The notes: generated by a model from the sequence alone, not told the origin. Counted from the first letter of the stretch, positions 19,538-29,998 are shown. The stretch is DNA of 64,000 nucleotides from Minisyncoccota bacterium (GCA_041661645.1 JBAZUA010000001.1:192189-256188), one strand, 5' to 3'. A program made the numbers and translations.

Positions 19538-19731
19538 GGAGAATGATGCCCGCTCACGATCCGTATAACCCTCTTGGACGGCCCCAGATGGGCCCTCAGC
19601 AGCTTAAGCGCCCTCGCATTCGCAAGGCCTCGCTCGGGCGCGACGGAGACGGCCACGGCATATTCGCCGGCCTTCTTCTCCCTCACCGACTCTTTCTTCG
19701 TCTCCGTCGTGACCGTTATCTTTAGATGCAT
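19504..19731 (-). CDS. DUF167 (YggU-like) protein
   Basis: APERGLANA..LKLL, IVSGHHSPHK. Confidence 0.85.
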   Translation of the reverse strand: MHLKITVTTETKKESVREKKAGEYAVAVSVAPERGLANARALKLLRAHLGPSKRVIRIVSGHHSPHKTVLVEESV

Positions 19732-19735
19732 TGTG

Positions 19736-19806
19736 TGCGAGATGGGAGAATCGAACCCCCGCCCTATGCTTGGGAAGCACATGTTCTACCACTAAACCAA
19801 TCTCGC
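19736..19806 (-). tRNA. tRNA-Gly(CCC)
   Basis: GCGAGAT/ATCTCGC, loop TTCCCAA. Confidence 0.95.
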
Positions 19807-19828
19807 AATACCCCTCTACGATATCACA

Positions 19829-21004
19829 TTATTTATCGGACTTCCCTTTGCCGCCCCTGCCGGACTCGCCCCTCCTCAAATACCTCTTTCCCTTCAGCTT
19901 TTCCGGCAACAAGCTCTCGGCGGAATACTTCTCATATCCCGCGCCGTAGCCGAGGCCCTTCATCAACTTCGTTGGCGCGTTCCTGATCTTGAGAGGTATC
20001 GGAAGATTGCCTGTGACCTTCACGTCGGCAAGAGCCTCGAAATAGGCCTCGTATGCGGACCTGTCCTTTGCCGCCGACGCGAGATAGGCAACGCCGTGAG
20101 CAAGGTTGATCGCCGCCTCGGGCAGCCCGATGCTCTCCACGGCCGCGAACACCGCATTCGCCACGACGAGCGCCGTCGGTTGGGCGAGTCCGACGTCCTC
20201 TGACGCGAATATGACCATGCGGCGGGCGATGAACTTCGGGTCTTCCCCGCCCTCGATCATGCGCGCCAGATAATACAGGGCCGCGTCGGCATCGCTCGCC
20301 CTCATGCTCTTTATGAAGGCGCTTATGGTGTCGTAATGTTCGTCGCCCTTCTTGTCGAAGCGTATGAAAATTTGTTCGAACGTGCTTTTCAGAGTCTCGA
20401 GAGTCACCGTCCCATACAGACGCTTGGCGTTCTCGAGGGCCGTCAGCGCCATGCGCGCGTCGCCGTTTGCGAGATTGACAAGCCAGTCAAGCGCAGCCTT
20501 CGGCAGCTTTATCTTCGTCCTCTTCACGATCGCCTCGATGTCCTTCGTCTCGAGACTCTTCAGCACGAACACTCGCGAGCGCGAGAGGAGTGCGGGAATG
20601 ACTTCGAAACTCGGGTTCTCGGTCGTGGCGCCGATGAGGGTTAGTCGTCCGCTCTCGACAAAGGGCAAAAGAAAGTCCTGTTGGGCCTTGTTGAAGCGAT
20701 GTATCTCATCGAGGAACAGGAGCTTGGGACGCTGATCGAGCAGATCAGTCTCGGACATGATGCGCTTGATGTCCTCCTTGCCCGCAGAAACGGCAGAAAG
20801 CTCGTACAGGCGCGCATCCAGTGCCTTTGCGTATATTCGGGCCAACGTGGTCTTTCCCACGCCTGGAGGCCCCCAGAGAATGAAGGAAAGCAGGTGCCTG
20901 TCGTCGATTGCCTTGCGCAAAGGTTTTCCGACGCCCACCAAATGCTCCTGGCCGATGAACTCGGCGAGGGACTGCGGTCTGATTTTTGATGCGAGGGGTT
21001 CCAT
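19829..21004 (-). CDS. rarA: Replication-associated recombination protein A
   Basis: PLA.KIRP, WGPPGVGKTT, DEIHRFNKAQQD, ISAFIKSMR.SD. Confidence 0.96.
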   Translation of the reverse strand: MEPLASKIRPQSLAEFIGQEHLVGVGKPLRKAIDDRHLLSFILWGPPGVGKTTLARIYAKALDARLYELSAVSAGKEDIKRIMSETDLLDQRPKLLFLDEIHRFNKAQQDFLLPFVESGRLTLIGATTENPSFEVIPALLSRSRVFVLKSLETKDIEAIVKRTKIKLPKAALDWLVNLANGDARMALTALENAKRLYGTVTLETLKSTFEQIFIRFDKKGDEHYDTISAFIKSMRASDADAALYYLARMIEGGEDPKFIARRMVIFASEDVGLAQPTALVVANAVFAAVESIGLPEAAINLAHGVAYLASAAKDRSAYEAYFEALADVKVTGNLPIPLKIRNAPTKLMKGLGYGAGYEKYSAESLLPEKLKGKRYLRRGESGRGGKGKSDK

Positions 21005-21026
21005 GTTTTATGCGCGGGAGCGCGAA

Positions 21027-21515
21027 TTACTTCCCTTCCACCCTCAGGCGATCGAGGCCATGCTTGTCGAACTCCTTGTCATATTTGCTGTAATATTCGC
21101 GGACGCCTTCGGGAAGAAGACCGTCTTCTGTCTCTATCGAGTCGACATCCCCTTCCGAGACATTCTCCAGAAAGTCGCGCTGGCCCAGGCGATCGGAAAG
21201 CTCGAGCCAGAACTGATCCTCGATGTATTCATCAACGATTTCCTCCGTCCCGTCCATGATGTCATCGGCGGGCAGGAGCCTCTTGCCCGCTTCCTGCACC
21301 AAATCTTCCGCATCGGTGCCGATGGCCGACTCGAGGACGATTTTCTCGAGCGCGACAAGGCTTTTGAGGGCGACGCGACTCTCGGTGCCGTCGGCCTCCC
21401 CGGCCCTAGCCCCGTGAACGGTCTCCTGTATGAGAAGCCCTATGTCGAGAACGCCCAGGAGACCCCGGTACTGGTCGACATCGAGCAATATGTTGATGCG
21501 TGAATTGTCGGTCAT
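21027..21515 (-). CDS. Acidic hypothetical protein
   Basis: 162-aa ORF co-directional with rarA; FW.EL..RL..RDF. Confidence 0.7.
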   Translation of the reverse strand: MTDNSRINILLDVDQYRGLLGVLDIGLLIQETVHGARAGEADGTESRVALKSLVALEKIVLESAIGTDAEDLVQEAGKRLLPADDIMDGTEEIVDEYIEDQFWLELSDRLGQRDFLENVSEGDVDSIETEDGLLPEGVREYYSKYDKEFDKHGLDRLRVEGK

Positions 21516-21592
21516 ATCCAGAAGTATGTCAGGTGCCCGCTCAAAAGCAAGATGCTTGGCATAAGGGGTTTTTGTGCTATGCTTTTGCGAAC

Positions 21593-21664
21593 GGGCCTAT
21601 AGTTTCAATGGTAAAACATCTCACTCCAAACGAGAGGTTCCAGGTTCGAGTCCTGGTGGGCCCG
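21593..21664 (+). tRNA. tRNA-Trp(CCA)
   Basis: GGGCCTA/TGGGCCC, loop CTCCAAA, GGTTCGAGTCC; A31-C39 mismatch. Confidence 0.93.
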
Positions 21665-22328
21665 CAAATACGGTCAAATCTAGTTTAAAGCACTCTGCCG
21701 CAACAGCCCTTAGTTCCCGAGAAATTCTTACATCGTGATAACGAAGATTGGCGCATCCCTGATATCCCTCTTTTCTACAGAGGCCGGAATTCTTTTTCTG
21801 AAAAGTCTTTATGAATTGACTCGTCGGCACCCCGGTGACTTTCGACCACAGGGCAAGTTGGGCCGACACGTCATGATATGAATGAAGATGCATTTGAACC
21901 CTAAACTTACCCTCATCGAGAGAAAAGGAGGCACGGAGGGTGTTTACGAAAAGCCTCATGAGTCCAGGGTCAGAATTCATGAAAGACACTCCCGAATAGG
22001 GTGACTTAGTTCCCTCGCAGACATAAAGCATGGCGCAGAGAAAAAGCGAGGAGTCCCGATTAAATCGCACCTTCGAAACCATCTTCCGAGCACGTCTCAG
22101 AGCTTCGTCTTCCTTGCCAAGCCTTCTGTTTCGAAGGGTCTCCTGGGAACGCAATTGTCCAACGACGGATTTTGCCAGCAGTTTCTCCCTCGCTTCCGCC
22201 GAAAGGACCACATTTCTCACCCACGTCGAGACCGAGCTTTTAGACACGCCCAAAGCAGTCACTATCTCATTCAGAGAATAGCCCTGTTTCCTCAGCTCCA
22301 TGGCCCTCATTTTCTGCGCTGCCTTCAT
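21621..22328 (-). CDS. HTH plus LAGLIDADG-like protein
   Basis: LRKQGYSLNEI..LGVSKSSVSTWV; LY.CEGTK, FMNSDP, FRVQMHLH; start MKAAQK. Confidence 0.8.
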   Translation of the reverse strand: MKAAQKMRAMELRKQGYSLNEIVTALGVSKSSVSTWVRNVVLSAEAREKLLAKSVVGQLRSQETLRNRRLGKEDEALRRARKMVSKVRFNRDSSLFLCAMLYVCEGTKSPYSGVSFMNSDPGLMRLFVNTLRASFSLDEGKFRVQMHLHSYHDVSAQLALWSKVTGVPTSQFIKTFQKKNSGLCRKEGYQGCANLRYHDVRISRELRAVAAECFKLDLTVFAGPPGLEPGTSRLE

Positions 22329-22408
22329 GCCACAATCGTAGCAAAAGGGTGATAAAGGAATTATAAAGACCAAAGAAAAAGGCCGCCCTTCGGGCGGCCC
22401 TTTCGCGA

Positions 22409-22564
22409 CTACTTCTTCGCCTCCTTGAAGACGACGCGCTTCCTGAGAAGCTTTGAGTACTTCTTGAGCTCGATCTTGCGCTCCACCTTCTTCTTGTTCT
22501 TTCGGGTGTAGTAGACCTCGCCGGTGGCCTTGTTCTTGAGAATGATGAGTGAGTCCTGTGACAT
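22409..22564 (-). CDS. rpmG: 50S ribosomal protein L33
   Basis: YYTRKNKK...IELKKY...VFKE. Confidence 0.95.
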   Translation of the reverse strand: MSQDSLIILKNKATGEVYYTRKNKKKVERKIELKKYSKLLRKRVVFKEAKK

Positions 22565-22636
22565 AAATTGAATGAAAATGTTGTAGGAGGATAGTATCAC
22601 AGCCTCCATAAAACCGCAATACGCGCCCGTAATCGG

Positions 22637-23788
22637 CTATTTCAGGGCAATGCGCGGTATGAGGGGATTTATGCGGGTGACCACCTCGTAATTGATCGTG
22701 CCGGCCTTTTCGGCCATCTCGTCGGCGGAAATCGTCTCGGAACCCTGAGTGCCGATCAGGACCACCTCGTCGCTCTCTCTCGCGCCGGGCATGTCAGTCA
22801 CGTCAACGATGGCCATATCCATACTCACCCTGCCGATGATGTTTGCCCTTTTGCCCCCAATGAGCACCTGACCCCTGTTGGAGACGCCTCTCGACAGGCC
22901 GTGCCAATAGCCGACGGGGATAACGGCGATGCGGGAGTCTCGCGCGACCTCATATGTCAGGTCATAGCCGACCTTTGACCCGCGAGGCACAAACTTGGTC
23001 TCGGTGACGATGGTTTTCCACGAGAGGGCGGAAACGAGATGTATCGCCTTGGCGTGTCTCCGTATCTCGGGCGACGGCCAAAGACCGTAGAGAGATATAC
23101 CCGCCCTCGACATATCGCAATGAAAATCATCGGAAAAGAGTATGCCTGAACTTGCCGACGCGTGGGTGATGGGCGTGAACCCCTTCTCCCTGAGCCTCTC
23201 GACGGCCGCCTTGAACTTGCCGATCTGCATCCTCGAATATGCCTCGCTCGTGGGGGTCTCCATGGCGGCAAAGTGGGTGTACGCGCCCTCGATCACCGCA
23301 GGAAAGCCTGCCGCGGAGATAGTGCGAACGGCCTGCTGTATCTGGGGCTCGAGCAGGCCCTGCCTGTGGAGGCCCGTGTCGAACTTGATGTGGATGCGGA
23401 GTCTCTTGGAAAGCTTCGTCTTTGCCAAATTCTGAAGCGACTCGAGCGATGATATCGTCAGAGAGACGTTCTTTGCCGCCGCGACTTTATAGAATGCGGG
23501 CAAGGTGTAGCCGAGGACGAGGACGGAGGCCTTGATGCCGGCCTTACGCAGCTCGAGCGCCTCATTCAATTCGTCGACGGCGAGCCAGTTCGCCCCACCC
23601 TTGAGCGCCGCCTTTGCGGCAACAACCATTCCATGTCCGTATGCGTTCGACTTTACCACGGCCATGAGGGCGACCTCGCCCGAGAGGAGCACCTTGAGGG
23701 TGCGGGCGTTTCCCTCGATTGCCCTTGTGTCGATTTCCACCCAGGTTCGATGGGTCGGAACGGGCGTCTTCATGGCCTTCTTTTTCAT
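22637..23788 (-). CDS. alr: Alanine racemase
   Basis: AVVKSNAYGHG, KFDTGLHRQG, GRVSMDM, TINYE. Confidence 0.97.
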   Translation of the reverse strand: MKKKAMKTPVPTHRTWVEIDTRAIEGNARTLKVLLSGEVALMAVVKSNAYGHGMVVAAKAALKGGANWLAVDELNEALELRKAGIKASVLVLGYTLPAFYKVAAAKNVSLTISSLESLQNLAKTKLSKRLRIHIKFDTGLHRQGLLEPQIQQAVRTISAAGFPAVIEGAYTHFAAMETPTSEAYSRMQIGKFKAAVERLREKGFTPITHASASSGILFSDDFHCDMSRAGISLYGLWPSPEIRRHAKAIHLVSALSWKTIVTETKFVPRGSKVGYDLTYEVARDSRIAVIPVGYWHGLSRGVSNRGQVLIGGKRANIIGRVSMDMAIVDVTDMPGARESDEVVLIGTQGSETISADEMAEKAGTINYEVVTRINPLIPRIALK

Positions 23789-23834
23789 AGCGAGAATAGT
23801 AGCATAAAACCGGCCGAAGCCGGTTTTGATGTTG

Positions 23835-23917
23835 TGCGCCGAGAGGGACTCGAACCCCCGATGCCCAGTGGGCCGGAGATTTACAGTCTCCTGGAATAGC
23901 CGCTATCCGATCGGCGC
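23835..23917 (-). tRNA. tRNA-Tyr(GTA)
   Basis: GCGCCGA/TCGGCGC, loop CTGTAAA, variable arm. Confidence 0.95.
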
Positions 23918-23983
23918 ATGTCGCTGCGTGTAGTAATGTAGCACATTTTTGCCATCGAGCAACATTCAGACACGCAGCCGTCC

Positions 23984-26707
23984 TTATATAATCTTCTCCT
24001 TCTCCGCCTCGACGCTCTCAGCCAAGGTCTGCAAGGGAATGACCTTCCTGCCCTTCTTCACGTCGAAGGTGAATTCGACGGCCGAGCCGGTCGCACCCGC
24101 CTTGACGCCAACCTGTATCGATCCGCCCTTGCCCACGGCCTGCGAGATCATGAATCCCGCGACGGGTGTGAGTATCTTCTCCTGTATGAGTCGCCTGAGC
24201 GGTCGCGCGCCGTACTGCGGGTTGTAGCCTTCCTTCGAGAGGTATTCGAGCACCGCGGGCGCGATGTCGAGCCTGATCTCCTTCTCGGCAAGCCGCTTGA
24301 CCACCTGCTCCACCTGAATGCCGACGATGTTCCTGATAGACTCGGGCGACAGCACGTCAAAGAGTATGATCGAGTCGAGTCGATTGAGGAACTCGGGCCT
24401 GAAATAGTCCTTGAGGCTCTCCATGACCTTCGCCTTCACGTCCTCGTACTTGTTCTTGGTGCCGGTGTCGGACGCAAAGCCGAGCTTCTCCATCTTGTCG
24501 ATGAACTGGGACCCGATGTTCGAGGTGAGGATGATGACAGTGTTCTTGAAGTTTACGACACGGCCCTTGGTGTCGGTCAGGCGGCCGTTGTCGAGCACCT
24601 GCAGGAGTATGTTGAAGACCTCGGGATGGGCCTTCTCGACCTCATCGAAGAGGATGACGGAATAGGGCTTGTGTCGGACCATCTCGGTGAGGGATCCTCC
24701 CTCCTCATAGCCGACATAGCCCGGAGGCGCGCCGATGAGCTTTGAGGTCGAGTGCTTGTCCATAAACTCGGACATGTCGATGCGAATGAGTGACTTCTCG
24801 TCGTTGAACATGAACTCGGCGAGGGCCTTGGTGAGCTCGGTCTTTCCGACGCCCGTCGGTCCGAGGAACAGGAACGAGCCGATAGGCCTGTTCGGGTCCG
24901 CGATGCCGGCACGGGCGCGACGAATGGTATCGGCGATCTTCTTGACCGCCTCGAGCTGTCCGACGACGCGTCGATCAAGCTCGCTTTCCATGCGCATGAG
25001 CTTGCGAGCCTCCTCCTCGAGCATCTTGGATACTGGAATGCCCGTCCATTTGGAAACGACGTCGGCAATGTCCTGCTCGGTGATCTCCTCCTTCAGGATG
25101 CGACGCGAGGTCTGCATCTTCTTGAGCTTCTTTATCTTGACGTCGAGGTCCTTCTCGAGCATCGGTATCTTGCCGTAGCGGATTTCGGCGGCCTTGGCCA
25201 AATCGGCCTTGAGCTCGGCCGCCTCGGCGTCGATACGGAGCCTCTCGAGATCCTTCTTGTGGGACTTTATACCAGTGAGGAGCTCCTTCTCGGTCTTCCA
25301 CTTGAGCTCGACCTCCTGGGTCTGCTCCTTGAGGTCGGCAATCTCCTTCTCGATGGTCTTTATGCGAAGCTTCGGGGTCTTGGGGTCCTTGCTCACCTCG
25401 GCCTCCTTCCTGAGGGACACGAGCTCGATCTCGAGGCGCATGACCTTGCGATGGGTCTCCTCGAGAAGCGGCGGTTTGGATTCAAGAGAGATCTTCAATG
25501 CCGAAGAGGCCTCGTCGATGAGGTCCACCACCTTGTCGGGCAGGAACCTGTCGCTTATGTAACGGGACGAGAGGTTCACGGCCGCGATGATGGCGTCGTC
25601 CGTTATGCGGACGCCGTGATAGAGCTCGTACTTCTCCTTGAGGCCTCGCAGTATGGCGATGGCATCCTCGACGGTAGGCTCGACGACCTGCACGGGCTGA
25701 AAGCGTCGGGTAAGCGCCGGGTCTTTCTCTATATGCTTCTGATACTCCTTGAGGGTGGTCGCGCCGATGGCACGCAGTTCCCCACGAGCCAATGCAGGCT
25801 TGAGCATGTTCGATGCGTCCATCGATCCCTCGGACGCGCCGGCGCCGACGATGGTATGAATCTCGTCTATGAAAAGTATCACCTTTCCGTCCGACCTCTC
25901 GATCTCCTTCATGATGTTCTTGAGGCGCTCCTCGAACTCGCCGCGGTACTTGGTGCCCGCGACCAGAAGGCCGAGGTCGAGCGAGACCAGTTCTTTGTCC
26001 TTGAGGGACTCGGGAACGTCGCCCTGGGCCATGCGCAGGGCGAGGCCCTCGACGATCGCGGTCTTGCCCACTCCCGCCTCTCCAATGAGCATCGGGTTGT
26101 TCTTGGTTCGGCGCGAGAGTATCTGGATGATGCGGTTTATCTCGCTGTCGCGGCCGATGACGGGGTCAAGGCGATTCTCGAGGGCGAGCTTGGTCAGGCT
26201 GCGGGTGTACTTGAGGAGGGCGCGAGGCTTCTTGGCGGGAGAGGGCTCGTTGCTCTTGCTCGTGCGGAGTTCCTCGAGCACGCGAAGCACGCCTGCCTTG
26301 TCTATCTTGAAGCGGGTGAGCAAATCGAGGGCCGGGCTCTGCATCTCGAGGAGGGCGATGAAGAGATGCTCGGTAGAGATGAACTCATCGCCGAGGGACG
26401 CCGCGACCTTAGACGAGTTCTCGAGGGCCTGGGCAAGCTCGGGCGTGAGATATATCTGGTACGACTGGGAGAGCGTCGCCCCCTGTTGGGTGCCCTCGAG
26501 GGACTCCGCGAGAGTGTCGCTGAGAAGAAGGGTGTCGACCTCGAGCTTCTCGAGAATGGCCGAAACCATGCTCTCCTCCTGAATGATGAGGGATGAGAGG
26601 AGGTGAAGGGGGTTGACGTGATTCTGCCCCCGCTCGATGGCGAGCTCGTGGGCCCGCCTGATGGCCTCCTTGGCCTTGGTGGTGAAATGATTAAGGGGTG
26701 GTGTCAT
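23984..26707 (-). CDS. clpB: ClpB/ClpC AAA+ chaperone
   Basis: Two Walker A motifs ([16 protein letters not shown]), long M-domain, PPGYVGY. Confidence 0.93.
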   Translation of the reverse strand: MTPPLNHFTTKAKEAIRRAHELAIERGQNHVNPLHLLSSLIIQEESMVSAILEKLEVDTLLLSDTLAESLEGTQQGATLSQSYQIYLTPELAQALENSSKVAASLGDEFISTEHLFIALLEMQSPALDLLTRFKIDKAGVLRVLEELRTSKSNEPSPAKKPRALLKYTRSLTKLALENRLDPVIGRDSEINRIIQILSRRTKNNPMLIGEAGVGKTAIVEGLALRMAQGDVPESLKDKELVSLDLGLLVAGTKYRGEFEERLKNIMKEIERSDGKVILFIDEIHTIVGAGASEGSMDASNMLKPALARGELRAIGATTLKEYQKHIEKDPALTRRFQPVQVVEPTVEDAIAILRGLKEKYELYHGVRITDDAIIAAVNLSSRYISDRFLPDKVVDLIDEASSALKISLESKPPLLEETHRKVMRLEIELVSLRKEAEVSKDPKTPKLRIKTIEKEIADLKEQTQEVELKWKTEKELLTGIKSHKKDLERLRIDAEAAELKADLAKAAEIRYGKIPMLEKDLDVKIKKLKKMQTSRRILKEEITEQDIADVVSKWTGIPVSKMLEEEARKLMRMESELDRRVVGQLEAVKKIADTIRRARAGIADPNRPIGSFLFLGPTGVGKTELTKALAEFMFNDEKSLIRIDMSEFMDKHSTSKLIGAPPGYVGYEEGGSLTEMVRHKPYSVILFDEVEKAHPEVFNILLQVLDNGRLTDTKGRVVNFKNTVIILTSNIGSQFIDKMEKLGFASDTGTKNKYEDVKAKVMESLKDYFRPEFLNRLDSIILFDVLSPESIRNIVGIQVEQVVKRLAEKEIRLDIAPAVLEYLSKEGYNPQYGARPLRRLIQEKILTPVAGFMISQAVGKGGSIQVGVKAGATGSAVEFTFDVKKGRKVIPLQTLAESVEAEKEKII

Positions 26708-27467
26708 ATTGTTTGATTATATTCGAAGGAATAAAGGCTTTGTCTGAAGGACTGTCATTCTGTATGCCCACGACCTCACCCAGAAGATTAGCAAGAACTG
26801 CCGAAGAATCAAAGTCCTCGCCCAAAGGACTCGTTTTGAGGGTCATACCGTCGCCGGCACCGCGAATCGACGAGACTATTCCCGTGGCGGCGACGGGATC
26901 AGCAACTCCGCCCACGGCCACCACCGCCTGGCCCAGTTTCACCGCACCTGAGTCGGCGAAGGCAACCGCCGAATAGGCTCGGGCGTCCAGGGGGTTGGCG
27001 CTCTGATCCGCCTGGAACAGGGATAGTCCGCGAGCGGCGTCTCGCGACACGAAGACGAGAGAGACGACGTTGCCGCCAGAGAGTTTGGCGACCAGAGGCG
27101 CCTCTCCGAGAACGCCGGAGGAGGTGACGATCCTTCCCGTCGGAGAGACGATGACGCCGAGGCCGACAAAGGCCCCGGGGACGCCCTGGTTTGAGACGAA
27201 TATTCTGACGATCGATCTCGACACCCTCGCAATAGCATCCGTGACAGCCTGATCGTCCTTAACAATGACAGTCTCACGGGCGGCGGAGGTGGCGATGGTG
27301 GGAGACACCTTCTCTATGGTGCGCTCGACGACTCTGCTTATAGTCTGGGTGGCAGTGGGCTGACCCTGATCAGTGAGAGAGACCGTGACGATGCTTGAGG
27401 CAATGGACGAGACAAAGCTGACGAGGAGGGCGAGCAAGACTATCTGTTGTCTGGTGAGATGCTCCAT
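26691..27467 (-). CDS. Membrane-anchored trypsin/HtrA-like protein, catalytic residues degenerate
   Basis: GVIVS..GRIVT, VKLGQAVVAVG, L.NLLGEVVGI; lacks TNxHV and GNSGG. Confidence 0.75.
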   Translation of the reverse strand: MEHLTRQQIVLLALLVSFVSSIASSIVTVSLTDQGQPTATQTISRVVERTIEKVSPTIATSAARETVIVKDDQAVTDAIARVSRSIVRIFVSNQGVPGAFVGLGVIVSPTGRIVTSSGVLGEAPLVAKLSGGNVVSLVFVSRDAARGLSLFQADQSANPLDARAYSAVAFADSGAVKLGQAVVAVGGVADPVAATGIVSSIRGAGDGMTLKTSPLGEDFDSSAVLANLLGEVVGIQNDSPSDKAFIPSNIIKQYDTTP

Positions 27468-27496
27468 AAAATAATCATACTACAAATCACCTCCCC

Positions 27497-27590
27497 TGGC
27501 ATGCGTTTCAGGAGAACGGGCTCTTGGCTTGCTATCCGAGGCCCTCACTCTCGCACCGCCGTGCTCCGAGAGTCTCCTTCACGCATGCTA
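27497..27590 (-). repeat. Structured three-way-junction element, copy 1
   Basis: Core GGAGACTCTCGGAGCACGGCGGTGCGAGAGTGAGGGC shared with 49234-49276; closed by TAGCATGCGT/ACGCATGCCA. Confidence 0.75.
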
Positions 27591-28772
27591 CCGAAGCTCC
27601 TTGAGTGCGGAGATTATTTTATGTATGTCGGAGAGGGTCGCGTCGGGGGCAAGGGAGAATCTGAGGGTGTTTCTCGCCCTCCAGTCAGGACCACCAAGTG
27701 CGGAGACGACATATGACGACTCCTCACCCTTAAGGCAAGAGCTTTTTGTGGAGCAGGCGATGCCCGCATGATCGAGCTTGAGCACGGCGAATTCCGGATC
27801 GGAAAGTCCTGACAATGATAGGTTCACATTGTTCGGAAGCCTTTTTTCGAATGAGCCGTTTAACATGATGTCTGTAAAGGCCTTTCCGAGCGCCGCGACG
27901 AATACGTCTCGGATAGAGGACGCCTGCCTCACCCGCACTTCCCTGCCCTCGTGGGCAATCCTGAGGGCCTCGGTGAATCCAGCCGCGAGCTCTACGCTCT
28001 CGGTGGTCGGCCTCATGCCACGCTCCTGCCCGCCGCCGAGCATCGTCGGCCTGCATGGCGTGCCATGACGCAGGGCAAGAAGCCCAATGCCCTTTGGGCC
28101 CTGCATCTTGTGGGCGTCGAGAGTCAGGGCATCGACGCGAAGCCCCTCGAGATCGCAGGCAAGCCAGAGCGGTGCCTGTGAGGCGTCTGAATGGAATACC
28201 GGAAACAACGCGCCATCCTCACCCACCTTGGCCGCTCGAATCTTCCTGATGCCCGCGCCTATTTTCGAAATAGGCTGAATGGTTCCAATCTCATTGTTGG
28301 CAAGCATGCAGGTCACGAGAACGGTGTTCGGGCGAATGGCTGCTAGCATTTCATCCGCACTGACGATGCCCACCTCATTTGTCCCCACGTAAGTGACAGA
28401 AGCGCCCCTTCGCTCGAGATCACGCAGTGTCTCGAGTATTGACGAGTGTTCGATAGCCGTACTGACGATATGAATGTCGGTCAGCGGCATGCCTTCGGCC
28501 ACACAAGCCTCAACCACTCCACGCACGATCATGTTATTCGCCTCGGTTCCCCCGCTCGTGAAATACATCTCATCCGACTTAGCCGAGAGGATCATGGCAC
28601 ACGCGACGCGAGATGCGCTCAACGCGTTCTTCGCGACGACGCCCTCGGCATGTATCGCCGATGGGTTCGCCCAGAAGGCACGGGCCTTCGACATCGCCTT
28701 GGCGACGCGAGGATGCAGCGGCGTGGTGGCCGCCCAGTCTGCGTATATGCGTCTTTTCCTGAATCCAAACAT
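27588..28772 (-). CDS. iscS: Cysteine desulfurase (IscS/NifS)
   Basis: IY.D.AATTP, FTSGGTEANN, NNEIGTIQP, DAHKMQGPKG, STKSSC. Confidence 0.92.
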   Translation of the reverse strand: MFGFRKRRIYADWAATTPLHPRVAKAMSKARAFWANPSAIHAEGVVAKNALSASRVACAMILSAKSDEMYFTSGGTEANNMIVRGVVEACVAEGMPLTDIHIVSTAIEHSSILETLRDLERRGASVTYVGTNEVGIVSADEMLAAIRPNTVLVTCMLANNEIGTIQPISKIGAGIRKIRAAKVGEDGALFPVFHSDASQAPLWLACDLEGLRVDALTLDAHKMQGPKGIGLLALRHGTPCRPTMLGGGQERGMRPTTESVELAAGFTEALRIAHEGREVRVRQASSIRDVFVAALGKAFTDIMLNGSFEKRLPNNVNLSLSGLSDPEFAVLKLDHAGIACSTKSSCLKGEESSYVVSALGGPDWRARNTLRFSLAPDATLSDIHKIISALKELR

Positions 28773-28848
28773 TGTCCACTCATACTATGCAAAACAAAGA
28801 AAAACCGCCAGCACTGAGCTGGCGGTTGAATCATGCTTACCAATGGGA

Positions 28849-29274
28849 CTAGTTGACGATACCGCCATCTCGAAGGCTTATCAAATGACGAAGGTCTCCA
28901 TCGCCGATAAACCTGGAGACATCAAGGTAGCCCTCTAGTGAGGTGGCCTCGATGGTGAAGGTCGCGCCGCCGCCCTTTCTCTTGACCACACTGCTCGCGA
29001 AGACAAAGAACATCGTCCTCTCGATGCCGCAGGCGGCACGAAGCCTCTTGAACACCTCCCTCTTATGATCGGTGTCGATCGGGGACACGTCCCTGAAAAC
29101 CGCGACCATGAATTCCCTGGATGCCCCGCAAGGCCTTTTGCCGATCTGGGTAAGATCATAGCGGGACCTCATGATCTTCCTGAGCTTGTGCTCGTCACAT
29201 TTCCACGACAGACCCTTTGGCACATCCGCCAGAATCTTTTTGAAGAGAGTCTTCTTGGCGCGGCCGTCTTCCAT
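28849..29274 (-). CDS. Hypothetical protein (start uncertain)
   Basis: Longest ORF in the gap; terminator-like hairpin at about 28803. Confidence 0.5.
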   Translation of the reverse strand: MEDGRAKKTLFKKILADVPKGLSWKCDEHKLRKIMRSRYDLTQIGKRPCGASREFMVAVFRDVSPIDTDHKREVFKRLRAACGIERTMFFVFASSVVKRKGGGATFTIEATSLEGYLDVSRFIGDGDLRHLISLRDGGIVN

Positions 29275-29524
29275 CTGGAGAAGCTTGAGAACCTTCTCGT
29301 AAAACCCCAATACTATATTATTCACAATGTGCAATGCGGTGCGTTTTCGCAATACGTGCCCTATTATTAGAACGATTGGCAAACGTTCGCAGGGTCAGAG
29401 AGGCCCGACCCGTACACCAACACTCTGCCATTCGACTCATGATTAGTCAAACAGCACCCCATCAAGACCAGATAAAATAAAAATAAACGTTGCCCTTAGG
29501 CCCTCTTTGAGCTAAGATGGGCAA

Positions 29525-29998
29525 ATGACCCTCCCCGTCGAAACACTCGCCCTGATCCTTATCGCCCTCGTCCTCGTAGTCGGTCTCGCCCTCCTGCGCC
29601 TCGAGCTCAAAGTACGAAGGCTGACCCGCGGCGCGGACGGCAAGAGCCTCGAGGCGGCGATCGGCGGGCTCGGACAGGCAATCGTCGACCTCAGGAAGTT
29701 CGAGGAGGAATCAAAGGGCTATTTCAAGAACCTCGAGAAGCGCGTCCGCCGAAGCAACCAGGCCATCGAGACCGTTCGCTTCAACGCCTTCAAGGGAGAC
29801 GGCCTCGGCGGCAACCAGAGCTTCGCCACCGCCATGCTCGACGAGAAGGGCGACGGCGTGGTCATCTCGAGTCTCTATTCCCGCGAGCGGGTGTCGGTGT
29901 TCGCCAAGGGTATCGTGGGATTCAAGCCGCAGATCAATCTCTCGGAGGAAGAGACCCAGGCGGTATCATCTGCCCAGGCAAAGCTCGCCGCCAAGTAG
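29525..29998 (+). CDS. DUF4446 family protein
   Basis: N-terminal TM; RFNAF...GGNQSFA.A.LDE.GDGVVISSLYSRE. Confidence 0.88.
   Translation: MTLPVETLALILIALVLVVGLALLRLELKVRRLTRGADGKSLEAAIGGLGQAIVDLRKFEEESKGYFKNLEKRVRRSNQAIETVRFNAFKGDGLGGNQSFATAMLDEKGDGVVISSLYSRERVSVFAKGIVGFKPQINLSEEETQAVSSAQAKLAAK

Noticed and set aside
21621-22619. 332-aa ORF spanning rpmG, and N-terminal extensions of ORFs 5202-5795, 19504-19782, 32814-33362
   Set aside because: The extensions run through rpmG or tRNA genes; the true starts are downstream
25259-26596. Long antisense ORFs (445 aa here; also 12339-13241, 16014-16931, 42297-43193, 54968-56038)
   Set aside because: Shadow frames of GC3-rich housekeeping genes with no protein motifs
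29370-29460. c-di-GMP-like riboswitch suggested by GGCAAAC
   Set aside because: The GAAA-loop/GGGACGCAAA continuation and the second stem are absent
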